Origin: Girardia tigrina
Taxonomy: Eukaryota
Length of the DNA stretch: 51,430 nt
Assembly: GCA_001938485.1 (NCBI GenBank)
Contig: MQRK01228214.1
Span: forward strand, 1 to 51,430
Direction of reading: 5' to 3'
The notes under the pieces were generated by a model. The model saw only the letters and a program-made list of their open reading frames with translations, searched no databases and had not been told where the DNA came from. Positions 35,960 through 49,083 of the stretch are shown one piece after another (positions within the stretch are counted from its first letter, which is position 1; the number at the start of each line of letters is the position of its first letter). A program made the translations under genes and the position numbers.

Positions 35960-37090
35960 AGACTTACTGTAGTGCCAAGATCGGTTCCTCGTCGTCTTGG
36001 CATTGCTCGTTTGTTTCAGATTCTCTGCATTCTTCTTCCTCCATCATCGCTATCTGTCGTCCTCTTTCAAAACCTCTCTGGTATTCCGCCGACTTCCAGT
36101 TTCTCCCGTCTCTTTCCTGGCCCCGTGGTGGCTATCGATTGTTCCTCTGTGTTCTCCCATGATACTCGTTCCTCTCTTGATACTCATTCCTTCTGTGATG
36201 ACGTCGGTTCAGATTCGTGTAACACACATCGACCTTATATCCCGGTCGTTACACCTGTTACATATTATCGTCTTACATTCTCGACGCACATGGCCCGTTT
36301 CTCCACATGCGTAGCACGTGATTTTTCTTTCTCGCTTACATTCACTGCTTCTATGGCCTATTTCTTTGCAGTTTCAGCATGTATTGTTGTTACGAAAAGG
36401 TGGTCGTCTCTCCAATGTTTCCGTTTTCCTCACCGAGTTTCCGGTTATGTTTCCTCTTTTTACCGCTTCCCTATACGTTGGTTTTACCGCATGAACCGGT
36501 TTTTCAGATCTCCAGATTTCGTCTACTTTCCTCATCACGTTCTTTATTTCCGATATCTCCTTTATATCTCTGAGTTTAATCTCCTTTTTCACATCACTGT
36601 CCTTTGATCCTTGAATTAGAAGACATTTTTCTATTTCCTCTTTTGTCCATTGATTTCTCTACCATAATTTCTCTACTAATTTATTTACGGCCTCTTCTAA
36701 GTCTTCCATCAATGTTCTTTTCTTAAGAAAAGCTTCACGAAGTCGGCCTTCATATCATTTTATATCCGCAGGTACACTTTCATATATTGGTATTAACTCG
36801 TGGGATAATAACCCTATGACCAATATTTCTTGAATATTTTCTTGGACCTTTGCCACTTTGAAATATCGAGCACAAGCCGATATAAATGTTTCGACATTGT
36901 CCTGTCTCCGATATTTTTCCGGCATTAGTCTCCCAATCAACTGATCCGAGTTGCTGGCTATGGTCGCCATATTGGGTTCTTGATCAAAAGACGTTGTCAT
37001 GAACACAAAACTTTATTTCTACCACAATTTGAGTTTTTTTAAACAAATATTTCCGAGAAACTTTTGCACTTTCTTTTTACACAGACCATT
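35960..37090 (-). mobile_element. Ty3/gypsy gag (copy 2, three zinc knuckles, decayed) in phosphatase B intron 1
   Basis: SNSDQLIGRLMPEKYR...ACARYFKVAK, CYACGETGHVRREC. Leader begins TGGTCTGTG. Confidence 0.8.
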
Positions 37091-38141
37091 ATAAATAAAA
37101 ATTGATATAAATATAAATATGGTTATTGTATTTTTTCGAATTAAAAATCTATACTTTTTTTAATAAAAAATTATAAAGTGAATTAAAATTTTGTCACAAA
37201 GATTTTGTTGCGTCTTTTATTAAATTTCAATTTTATTGTATCTTTAAATTTACCTGTTTCTCAATTAAATGTCCCAATTCTATACCGTTTTTCATTTCGT
37301 TTTCATAATAAATTTAAAAATTACTTTGGATTTAATAAAATAACGTTTTGAAAATAGAATTTAAAATCGCAATTTCGTTTAATTTAACATTATTTAAATT
37401 ACCCCTTTTTTACATAAAAAATAAAATTATATTTCCATTAATAATTACGTTTTTTCAAAATAAAATTAAAACCGCAGTTTCATTTAAATCGATTTAATTG
37501 TTTTACAATTATATTTTGATTCCAATTAATATTTTCAAAAAATAAAATTATAGTGACATTTTTAATTTACTTTGATTTAATCGTGTAAAATAAAAGAAAG
37601 TTACAAAAATAGTTTAGTTTACTTTTATATCACAAATAAATTATCAAACTTTTTATTTTATTTCAATTAAATATTTTCATCAAATTTGAAATTAACTTTT
37701 TTACTTTATAATAAATCTTTTAATAAACCTACCGTAAAATTTATTTTATTTCTTACATGAATTAATTTTTTACATTAAATTTTTGAAAATCTTATTTTAA
37801 CATATCTATAACAATATTTTACGGAATATAATTGTTTAGTTATTAATTTGATAAGATTGTAACTAAAAATTTTATGAACTCAACAACGCTTCCAACAAAT
37901 ATATTTTCAATACTATATTAAAGTGAGCTTTGAGACCATAATTTATTGTTTACCAGAAAACTTGCTTTTAACAGATCTAAAGGGAGATTATGCCGGAAAA
38001 GACCCTCATATTATATGTTTAAATAATATGAATGAATGTCTTTTAAATAATTAATTATTAATTTTAAAAAGGTTTGTGATTATTATATTATAAAATTATG
38101 TATTATAACTTATCGTAAATATAATATTAATAATATTTTAC

Positions 38142-38660
38142 TTCACTTTTCGAATATTCATTTATTATTTCCTCATCGCTGCATCCCATCAATTCCATTA
38201 TAACAGCCGCTACGACCCCCGTCCGATCTTTACCATAACGACAACTTATTACAATCGGAAAATATTCTCTATTCTTCATTACTGAAAATATTTCTTTAAA
38301 TGTTTGTTGGCTTTTATCAAGTAAAAAAGAATAATAATCAAAAAATTTCATTTCTTTGTCAATTGGTTTTAATAAAAGTATAGGTATGTTGAATCTATGG
38401 CCAGATGTTTTGGGGGATTTATTTATGTCCTTTTTCTGATCTTGGTTCTTTAGAGTGAAATACATATCTAATTTACTCGTTTGACAAAACTCTTTATCTT
38501 CTCTTAAATCAATGTAAGACTTTATTCCTTTTGTTTCACGTAGCCAAGCAGCCGACTTAGCATGACCATCATCTACAGCATTTGAACGAAATACCTTTCC
38601 AATCGAATTTCTTTGAGAATTTGGAAAAACATCTCTGAAATTACAAGGAGGAAGATCCAT
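38142..38660 (-). CDS. Y_phosphatase3/IphP-like phosphatase B, exon 1 of 3 (246 aa total)
   Basis: MDLPPCNFRD, VFRSNAVDDG, IDLRE, P-loop SCRYGKDRTG, NEYSKSE, then donor GTAAAA. Confidence 0.9.
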
Positions 38661-39047
38661 AGATTGATTAGTCTAAATCATACAATATTTATAAAAAGGA
38701 TGTCATATACACTGTTAACATAATTTACTTATCTAAAAACAAATACACTGTCAAGTTACAAAATAGTTTATTTTGAACTAATTAACACAAAAACAAATTT
38801 ATCAATTTACACAATAACTAACCCAGAGAAAACTAATATATATATTATATTTTTAACTGTCGGTAACGACATAAATGTTTTAATGTTTATAGTATCTGTG
38901 GTCACTGACCACTGGTCAGCATCCGCGATTGTTACTTATACATAAATATAATATCAAATATAAAAAAGAATTCGAATATATTCACCTTAATTTATAAAAA
39001 AGAGTATTAGAAGAGGTTTTATTAATCTTTTTAAAGCTAACGAATTC

Positions 39048-39480
39048 TTAACCCCCAGTTGGACATGGCTACGTGAGATTCCTTTAGTTGCTACTTACCG
39101 AAATTTACTCACTCATGTGAAGTACATTTATCTTAATTTTTCACGCTTCTGTCTTACCCATAGAAAGATAACCCTATGATTAAGTCCTGAAAAGATAACA
39201 ATACGCTCTGCGAGTGCATCAAATAGTTGTAAATTTTAAACTGTTACTTAACGCATGTAAACAAACGTCCTACGATACGGTACACTGACGACTAAGTTGA
39301 CTGAAAAAGACAGCTGAATTCACGCACCAATTAAAAAGAGACAACGATATGCTTACGATGCGAGCGCCACAAACTAAGGCCACCATCTACTCTTGGACTA
39401 TCTAATTTCTATACTCCAAATTGTGTGGTGACAATAATACATTCTACTAAAAAATCAAGTTTCATACGTACCAGCAATTT
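39048..39480 (-). mobile_element. Possible piggyBac 3' remnant
   Basis: End GGGGG-TTAA at 39048-39056. Minus-strand SKSRWWP near 39380-39400. Confidence 0.35.
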
Positions 39481-41440
39481 CCTGAGTAAGTCATACAGGA
39501 CTAAATGAGCCGACTAAGATAATTAGGAAAATATGAATTTTCGGTGAATTTCAAAGACACGGCATTACAAGTTACATTTGATCTGGGCTTACGAGACCCA
39601 GAAACTCAAATAAATCTTTGTAAGGAATTCTCAACCAATTACAAAGCCTAGAAGAATTTTACAATAAACTGAAATTTTAAACTGAAATATTGATAATAAA
39701 TAAGACGTTAAAAACTTATTAATTAAAAAAACGTTTTCATAAATAAAAGAAAATAACATTAAACTAATTCTAAAATAATAAAAAATCATTTTGTTAATAT
39801 AGTAAAAATATGACTACAATAAATTATGTTGGTTTTAATTTAAATTAAATTGCAAAATAGTGGAATGTAAATTTTCAAAATAAAAAGAATAAAAAATTTC
39901 AATTTTAAAATAGCTTATCAGTATTTATAATTCCATATTTTTATATAAAAATCGGGTCATAAAGAAAACAAAGAAAAGTTCCTCGACAAAAAATTGTTTG
40001 AATAATTGTTATTTGTGATAGAAATAAAATTTGGTGTTAATGAGTTATAATTTGGATCAAGAACCCAACAGTTGGAAAAGAATCAATTCTTATTGAAATG
40101 AAAGAAACTTTTTTGGAGGAAGTATTTATTGAAACCAAGTTGATCAAAAAGGCAGTTTTGAGTAGACACCTTTGTAAAGTTTAATGGACTTCATGCTGAT
40201 CTGTCTGATTAACTCTCGAAACTGCACTAAGTTAAAACGACTTAAATATGCCGAATATACAATGCAAGCTTATTCAAGTTTTTTTTCAAAAGTAGCTTAA
40301 CCCTTTCAACACGATGTTATTATTTCAGTAATCCGTGTAATATTGTAGCCCAAAATATTTTTTCCAATGTATTTTGACTAATTGATCATTTTATTCATTG
40401 ATTTAAAAAAAAAACAGATATCTAATCAAAATAAATTATATATATATATATCATTACTTTGCAATGAATCTGCGAAAAAACTACCAGAGATCAACTTAAA
40501 ATAAAGAATAACAATCAAGCAAACAATTGCTTAAAATGATATAGGTACAAAATCAAACTATAATATTCAAAATAATATAATTAGTCTCAAACCAGTTTTT
40601 ATGCAATTTTGATTTTTTTAATATTGTTAAAAAATAGTTTTAAAAAAATACTGAAAAATCACACAAATAAAAAAAATCGCATAAAAACAGGTTTGACTGC
40701 AATTATATTATTTATCAAGTAAATATATAATCAATATAAATATATAATCAATATAAATTAATGAATAATCATAAATAACTTACGTGATTATTAATTTCAA
40801 TAATAAAATCTCATTTGAAAAATAAAATAATAATTTGAATATTTAAAATAGTAACTTAAATCAGTTATGCTTTGTTAAACAAAAACAATGCAAATCGTTT
40901 TTTAGTAAAATTAATTTATACGAAAATTTTTAGATGTAAAAAATAATTTAATTATATAATATATTTATGTAGATAAACAAGTTTCAATTAAAAAAAGTTT
41001 TGAAAGACATTTAAAATAGTAAACTGTTTGACCACAAACTGAAACGAGACAACCCCTAAAAGATAAATGTAATGAGGCAGTTATTAAATGTTGAAAGCAA
41101 AAATAAACCTAATCCATCTCTTTATGTCTTTAAAAATCGTCAGACTGTGAATGTTTGAGATAAAACTGATTGCTATCTTTTACAGTTGTTTTGAGCCGTG
41201 TGAGAGTCAAAATTTCTTGTTGAGTCATCCGCCAGAATGACTGAATTCGGTTTCATGAAAATACTTGTGGTAAGTATAGCATTTATGAGTTAAACTTTAA
41301 TGAATATATGAATAAATTCCACTCAACAAACCGACTAGTTCTTATTAAAATGAAATTTATTGAAAGATAAAATCAACAGAAACCTGGATTTTTTGACAAA
41401 ATAAACAATTCATTGAATGCGTAGTCAAGAATGTACAAGA

Positions 41441-41860
41441 ATAATATTATTAATAAAAAATTTTTTTATAAAAACAACCACGTTTTTCAAGCATTACCAA
41501 TGCACTAAAAAGAGGAAAATAATTTTTTTTCTAGACATGTGGAAATTTTATACCTAACCCAAAAACGTGGGGCGGATTTCTGAATTACTGCTATTAGTAA
41601 CTGCTATTTCCTCTTTACTGCTTTTTAGTAACAATCGATCATTTCTATGCCCCACGTTTNNNNNNNNNNNNNNNNNNNNNNNNNNNNNNNNNNNNNNNNN
41701 NNNNNNNNNCAATCGATCATTTCTATGCCCCACGTTTTTGGTTAGGTATAAAATTTCTCACATGTCTAGAAAAAAATTATTTTCCTCTTTTTAGTGCATT
41801 GGTAATGCTTGAAAAACGTGGTTTTTTTCTTAAAAATTTTTTTTATTAATAATATTATTT
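41441..41860. mobile_element. Foldback/MITE with ~130-bp inverted arms
   Basis: 41441-41572 is approximately the reverse complement of 41727-41860 (ACCACGTTTTTCAAGCATTACCAATGCACTAAAAAGAGG...). Confidence 0.75.
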
Positions 41861-42077
41861 AACTATTTTTAGTTATCATTTAGGAATTCAAATCTTTCGA
41901 TTGATTTCAAATAACAGAAATGATAATAAAACCGAAATAACAAAGTTTTATTTTAATAAAAGCATGTTTTATTTCAAAATAATTTTTTTGTACGTATTAA
42001 TTAATATTATTGATTTTTTTCATAAAGTTAAATTATAGCATATGCGGTTTATGTAGAGCCGTAAATGTTTTAAAATA

Positions 42078-42525
42078 TTGTATTGTCATCGGAAGCAATC
42101 CTGTATTAAAAAATTCAGCTCAATTGGATGACTGAAAGTGGTCGAAAAATCAATCGCAAGATTTGTTCCAGACAAGAAAGCAAGCTAATAAAAAATTTTT
42201 GAAAAAATTTCAATCTCCAAAATAAAATTATTTGGTAATTTGAAAGAGTTTTAACTTGATTCATGAAAATAAACGAAAAGATTGCTATCTAATACAGTGT
42301 ATAAATTTGTAGATAACCGTAAGTGGTTTTTTGCAAAAAAAATTAGAAAAAAATATTTTTTTCAAAATTTTTTTTATCAAATTGTATTGTCATCGGAAGC
42401 AAGCCTGTATATAAAAATTCAGCTCAATTGGATGACTGAAAGCGGTCGAAAAATTAATCGCAAGATTTGTTCCAGACAAACAGACAAGAAAGCAAGCTAA
42501 TAAAAACGTGGTAAAAAAACGTGGT
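42078..42525 (+). repeat. Two ~120-bp direct copies of a HINE-like terminal segment
   Basis: ATTGTATTGTCATCGGAAGCAA...ATCGCAAGATTTG..CCAGACAA...GCTAATAAAAA at 42078-42195 and 42381-42506. The core ATCGCAAGATTTG is shared with 9781. Confidence 0.7.
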
Positions 42526-43099
42526 AATAATAAAAATACAAAACATTTTACGGAATTTTTTATGGTTAAATTAGAAACTATATAGACAATGAAAATCTAA
42601 TTTGTTTTATGTATCATTTTGTGTACTTGTTTTACAAAATTTTTCACATTTCATTATTGCCTCAAATGAATCCCATTGAATACCGCAGTTTAATATTTTA
42701 GTTCTACGAAATATTAACAGTGAGGAAAATATCAAAGAATCATAAGTTTCTATTTTTGATACACAATGCCCCTTCAATAACTTAAACTAATATTGAATTG
42801 CTGTTTGAAAATCGGAGTTGTTCGCAATGTAAATAACCCTTTCTTTTTTCATGTCTGTCACATTCTGTTTCTGGAGACCGTGGACCGCGTTACCGTTTAG
42901 ACTAGGCGCTGGAGCAAAATTTCCATCATTTTAATAAATTTTTGAATTATCAAAATAACATTAATGTGCGAACGTATACAAAAATGTATTATTGTATAGG
43001 CTTTAACATTTGCTTCTGTTGATGATGTTATTGTAGCTTTTGAAATGTTACCCAAATGAAATGGCTGAATTAATAAATTATTTGGAGGATAATTATATT

Positions 43100-43455
43100 G
43101 GAAGAATGAGACGCAAATGTAGAGTAGTACCAATGTTTCCATTAAACGTTTGGTATATGTTTGATAGAGTTAATGGAGATTTGCTGTGTACAAATAATTC
43201 AGTTCAAGGTTGACATAGAGCCTTTTAACAAACCGTGGAGTGCCACCATCCCTCAATTTTTAAAATATTGGAACATTTTAAAAAAGAACAAATCAAATGG
43301 AAATGGAATATGAACGTTTCAAGCCGGATTTCGATGACAAAAACTCGAAAAATAAATATGTAAGCCTAAAAAAATGGATAAAAATATTGACATAAAATTA
43401 TAATCAAAAGGATATTATAAATTATCTAAAAAGATTGTCATATAATCTGGAAATA
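43100..43455 (+). mobile_element. MULE transposase C-terminal remnant
   Basis: PMFPLNVWYMFDRVNGDLLCTNNSVQG*H, HPSIFK..EHFKKEQ and DIINYLKRLSYNL. Confidence 0.75.
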
Positions 43456-43803
43456 TATATAATATTTGTCTAAAAAGTGTTTATGTTTGTCGGTCAAGCT
43501 TTTCAATGCAAGATGGCGGAGGAACCGGAGTGAGTCCACTTAGGTACGTGGTTATTCTGAATAGCCAGCATCAATACAAGTTTTGTCGGTACAGCGCCTT
43601 CGCAGAAAGACACCTGAAAAGCGATGAAATCGATCAAAAATGGTACAAATCGGAAAACGGTTAAATTAATACCGATTTCGAATAATGACGATTTTGATAA
43701 TTCCGACAAGGAATTTCGTGAAAAGTTTTATGAAATTACTAATTTATTGGATAAATGGCCATTTTTATCACTTATTTACCAATTATATTTATAAGAATTT
43801 TCC

Positions 43804-44382
43804 ATTTTATTTTATTTTTTTTGTATTTTTATTATTTTATTTTATTTATTTATTTGGGTTTATTTTATCCGAAAGAAGAAGGAAGACAAGAAATTATAAG
43901 AAAGAGCAAAGGAATTATTAAACTTGTTAATTATTTATATTATAGAAATTATATAATTGATTAACAGAAAGTAATCAATTTAAAAAAATAATTAAGCAAG
44001 CCAAGCAATTACTTACCGACGGATATAAGATTATTCTGCAAAATACTGGACTAATTATCAATCCCAGAGTTTTACCGAAATTTACTTGATTCACGGACAG
44101 TATTTGATGAATCTATCGTACCAACTTTGTTTCTGCTGTACCGGTTATTACTGATTAAGTTTTGCTAGTTATTATACGGTTTTTTTGAGTTAACTATTAT
44201 ATCGTTATTGGCAATTGTTTGTACTGACGTTCATAACGATTGAGTTAATGAAACAAACCAAAGTACATATAGTGGTTGATTAGCTCAGTCAGACATCGTT
44301 TATAACTGATTTTTTTATCTAAAAACTGTTAAAACTCACTCTTTGGTCCTCATCGATTAGTGAACAAAGATTGAGTTTTACA
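43804..44382. repeat. LTR-like direct repeat, copy 1 (~580 bp)
   Basis: Nearly identical to 45807-46384 (about 5-6 differences by eye). Ends ...TTTTACA. Confidence 0.85.
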
Positions 44383-44404
44383 AATTGAGTTTTTACAATT
44401 TTAC

Positions 44405-45640
44405 AAATTCTAATCGGAAGCAAAAATGAAGAAGAACACAAGAAAGATTTAGAGAACATATTTAAATTATTACAAATCAACGGCATAAAAATTAATCTTA
44501 AAAAATGCGAATTTTTTAAAAATAAAATCAATTTTCTCGGTTACCAAATCAGTCACAACAAAATTGAACCAATCCCAGAAAAAAATACACAACATCACAA
44601 AATTAAAACCCCCAAGAAATGTCCACGAAATTAGAAGATTTTTGGGAATGATTAATTTCTGTCATGATTGTATCCCACATTGTTGTGAACTGCTAGCAGA
44701 TTTTAACGAGCAGATTAAAAACAAAAAGAAAAACGAAAATATCACTTGGAACGACGCACTCGAAAAACAATTCAATAAAATTAAAAAAGAAATAAACCAA
44801 ATAACTGGGCTCGAAATGCTTCAAAACAAAGGAAAACTAAGTTTGACAACTGACGCATCAAACATAGCACTAGGAGCCGTACTAGAACAGGAAATAGAAA
44901 ACAAAACATCACATTTAAGTTTCTTTTCCGAAAAACTAAAAGAAAAAGAAACTAAATATTCTACTTACGACAGGGAACTCCTAGCAATCATCAAAAGCAT
45001 CAAACATTTCAAACACATATTAGAAAGCAGACAATTCAAACTATACACCGACCACAAACCCATAATACATATGTTTAACATGATAGACCCAAGCCCACGT
45101 CAACTAAGACACATAAATTACATCTCGCAGTACAATTTGGAAATAATACACATATCAAGAAAGTCAAACATTGTGGCCGATTATTTGTCTCGAACAGAAA
45201 TAAACGATATACACTTCGTCGCACTAATTAATATCGAGGATATCAAAAACAAACAAGAAGATATAGCGAAAGAATGTAACAAATACAAATCCCTAGAAAT
45301 AATCAGACACGAAGGTATCTTTTATGACAATAGTACACAACATAATCCAAGAATCTTAATTCCAAAAGAATACATGGAAAAATGCATCAGCTCAATACAT
45401 AACACGGGACATTATAGTCACAAAACGACATATCAAATGATGCATCTCCAAGTTTGCTGGCCACACATGAGGAAAGACATCAAAAATTTCGTAGATAACT
45501 GTTTGGTTTGCAATCTCAACAAAACAAGCAAACACCCAAAAATTAAAAAAATAGATTATCCGGAAACAGATAAACTAGAAACCATACACATAGACATCGT
45601 TGGCCCACTACCAACAAACAAAAACATAAAGTACCTTTTG
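44405..45640 (+). mobile_element. Ty3/gypsy pol fragment (RT C-terminus, RNase H, integrase N-terminus)
   Basis: ILIGS..EEH...INLKKC.F....FLGY, then an A-run frameshift, RRFLGMINF, TTDAS, YSTYDRELLAI, YTDHKP, NIVADYLSR, H..GH..C..C and IHIDIVGPLP, then truncation. Confidence 0.9.
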
Positions 45641-45806
45641 TATTTGTATTTTTGGGTATGAGTTTAACAACCTTTTGTCTTTATGTAATTTACATTTTTC
45701 TTTTCGTTTGTGATAAAGACATTCGATCGTACCTAATGCAATACTTTTAAATTTTCAAATGCCTTTCTGTTATGTAATAGTGCTTGATTATGTACCGATG
45801 AAATTT

Positions 45807-46384
45807 ATTTTATTTTATTTTTTTTGTATTTTTATTATTTTATTTTATTTATTTATTTGGGTTTATTTTATCNGAAAGAAGAAGGAAGACAAGAAATTAT
45901 AAGAAAGAGCAAAGGAATTATTAAACTTGTTAATTATTTATATTATAGAAATTATATAATTGATTAACAGAAAATAATCAATTAAAAAAATAATTAAGCA
46001 AGCCAAGCAATTGCTTACCGACGGATATAAGATTATTCTGCAAAATACTGGACTAATTATCAATCCCAGAGTTTTACCGAAATTTATTTGATTCACGGAC
46101 AGTATTTGATGAATCTATCGTACCAACTTTGTTTCTGCTGTACCGGTTATTACTGATTAAGTTTTGCTAGTTATTATACGGTTTTTTTGAGTTAACTATT
46201 ATATCGTTATTGGCAATTGTTTGTACTGACGTTTATAACGATTGAGTTAATGAAACAAACCAAAGTACATATAGTGGTTGATTAGCTCAGTCAGACATCG
46301 TTTATAACTGATTTTTTTACCTAAAAACTGTTAAAACTCACTCTTTGGTCCTCATCGATTAGTGAACAAAGATTGAGTTTTACA
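45807..46384. repeat. LTR-like direct repeat, copy 2
   Basis: Direct copy of 43804-44382. Confidence 0.85.
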
Positions 46385-46389
46385 CATAT

Positions 46390-46895
46390 CTATCAGATTA
46401 TATCTGTCGATTTTCAACTTTAGCTAACACTAAATCTCCTTCATTAAATTCACGTTTCTGTGCTTCCACTGGTGATACGTTAGACTCAAGCAGTTTAACT
46501 TGTTCAATAATTTTCCTGTTATTCAATTTATAGATGCGTGATATATCTAATGTTAAACGCTTCTCAATAATAACTTCGGCCAGACTAAACACAGTTGAAC
46601 TTTGCCTTAAATTGTTTTTGCTAAATTCAATCTCTGGTAAAATAGCTACTCGATTATTTCTTTCTTCATCTTTTAAAGATGTATTAAAAAACTCCCGTGT
46701 TGTGCGGAATTGGCACTCTATTATCCTATTTGTATTGTGATGGTAAGGATTTGAAAATTGTACGTCAATGAACATAGACTTTGTAAATTCAAAAAACGAA
46801 CGTGACTCAAAAGTCTTTCCTCGGTCCACATGAATGCAAGCTAGAGCTCCGAACCTAAATATCCATTTTCGTAATATTGTCTAAAGAGTCTATTG
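46390..46895 (-). mobile_element. Ty3/gypsy integrase fragment related to 18160-18696
   Basis: HVDRGKTF...FSNPYHHNTN.IIE.QFRT...ILPEIEFS. Confidence 0.8.
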
Positions 46896-46896
46896 T

Positions 46897-48520
46897 CTAT
46901 AGAGTGTGCACCGATACCGTGGTTTCTGGCATAGCTTGATGGCAAATTTCCGCCAAATTCTGGTAATGGTCCAGATTCCTGGTGTTGCTTTGGGCCATGT
47001 TCCTTTTCGTGTCATAGGGACACTTTACGTAAATTAGATATATGGTCTTTGATCGGGGCATATAAACTTGTAAGTCTACTCGGTCTTTCGAGGGTACATA
47101 TAGACATTCAGTATTTATGTGCCCTGTGCAATCACTACGCTGAGTGATCTGTTCCCCTATACAATTGAGGACCGAGTTGTGCCTAAAATTCCAGAACCCC
47201 CCGCTAAACGGACATTCGGTTAACACATGAGCAAGTGTTTCCTTTTTGTTGCGAAACGTACGACAGTAACATCTGTTTTTTGGTACTGCCTGGGAGTTAA
47301 TTAACAGGGACTATGTAATTCATCTCCTTGTGGTAGAAATATTGTAATTCAATCTGTACTTCAATGCCCCTCCATAAAGAGCACGGTGGAAACTAATTGT
47401 AGAAATTAAACTTCTCGCAAATCGACCGGAACTGCTTTGTTTCGTCCATTTGTGTGTCCAGGATTTCTCTACCTATCTTCTTAAAGTCCATAGACACACT
47501 GTCCTTCAGGAGGGGCGTGAGCAGTATGTTCTCATTCATTTCATCTCTTATAGTCTCCGTCTTCCCATTCGGAAGTGTCCTTGTCATACAAGAGATTGGT
47601 AGAGATGGAGACATATTCCTTGTTCATTCTGCACCAGACTCACATCAATTTGGTGCAGTTTTTTAATCTTATGTATGGCGAACTTGATCTTCGCCCACCA
47701 GTTCTTTATCTTCCCTGAGGGGGTTCCTGCGTTGAGCCAGTCCAATGCTGCCTCAATCGACAATAATTTTCATTGTCGGGGACCTGTTGAAACTCTCTGG
47801 AGAGAGAAGACCGCTGAGTCTATGGTCATCGTATCACTACACGCGATCATCTGAAAATTGTGGGCCAATGATTGAGTCAAGTACTCATCTAGTACTGATT
47901 TAATCCCGACTCCACATTTTCTCTCGGCGTGTATAGATATGCATTAGATGCATTTTTGGAAATCCAAGTACCTTCTTGTGCAACAGTCTGATCATGTTGT
48001 CCAGACTGTGGCTCTTGCCATCCAGAGTTCCAAACGGAATGCAAAAGATTCGGAAGAGGAAGAGGAGTGCAAATATAACATAAAGGCTTGCAGCTTTTAC
48101 CTCAGAAACAAAACAGATTCTGTAATCTGTTTTGTTTCTCTTGTCAGTGATGCAAGTTTTTCTACCGAAACCTCTTTGATGTTCTATGAAAAGTGACCTC
48201 ACAAATAAACCCTCCTCTATCTCAGGTATCGTGCTTCCATATATTTGAATCCTGTTGTTTTCTCTATACGGAATAGCAATTCGCGTACACTTTGATTAGC
48301 GGAATTTGATACCCAAGATGTTGGTGAGCTCTACTGCTCTGCCCACAATAGCCTGCATTCTGTCCTGATTATGGGCTGACAGGACCAAGTCGTCTGCATA
48401 TGCTAAACACTAACACGGTGATTTGAAACAAAAAGACCGCCACCAGATACCCTATCCAAGTCCATTAGAACAGGGTTAATGGCGATGTTAAACAGTAAGA
48501 TGGAAAGAGGACTCCCTGTA
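46897..48520 (-). mobile_element. Decayed non-LTR retrotransposon with restriction-like endonuclease (R2/R4/NeSL-type)
   Basis: RT motifs GSPLSILLFN and LAYADDLVL. C-terminal CR...KETLAHVLTEC, RHNSV, RVDL...VKCPYD. Confidence 0.8.
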
Positions 48521-49083
48521 TTCATTTAAAATTTTTCAATGATTTAAAATTAAAAATCAATTTAGGTATTAAAACGAAATTTAAATAAAATTACTTTAGG
48601 GATATTAAAAGTATTATTGCAATTAAAGAATATTTAAATTTCCTTTAAATAAATAATAATTTTAATCAAAGTTTTAATGTCACAAATATTATTAAATTTA
48701 AAAAATATTGTAATTTATTTAAATGAATTTTTTTTAAATTATTAAATTATAACTTTTAAATTTTTCAAAAAAAATTTTAGTGTTTAATTTTTAACTCTGT
48801 TTAATGATTATTTATTTTCGATATACTAATGACTTTTTAAAATCAAAATATAATAATACAATAAGATAAATCAATAAAAATAAAATAAATATTATTCACA
48901 TTACTTTTTTTCCTCTTTGTTGAAATTCATTGATAATAAAATATTAATAAAAAATTTTAATTCATATAAATTTAAAAATTTATTCTTTTTATCCAATATA
49001 AATTTAATGAAATTAAATTAAATATTTTTTTACTTTCATTTGAACTTTTATTCATTTAATTTTTATATCAAAAAAACAATAAA

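Noticed and set aside
35972-36607. 211-aa plus-strand ORF
   Set aside because: It is the antisense shadow of purine-rich gag, with no recognisable motif.
40020-41290. Possible Merlin/ISXO2 transposase traces
   Set aside because: Only weak IEMKETFF and PNSVILAD resemblances; too decayed to support.
44270-44300. tRNA-like TAGCTCAGTC in the direct repeats
   Set aside because: No B-box or cloverleaf follows.
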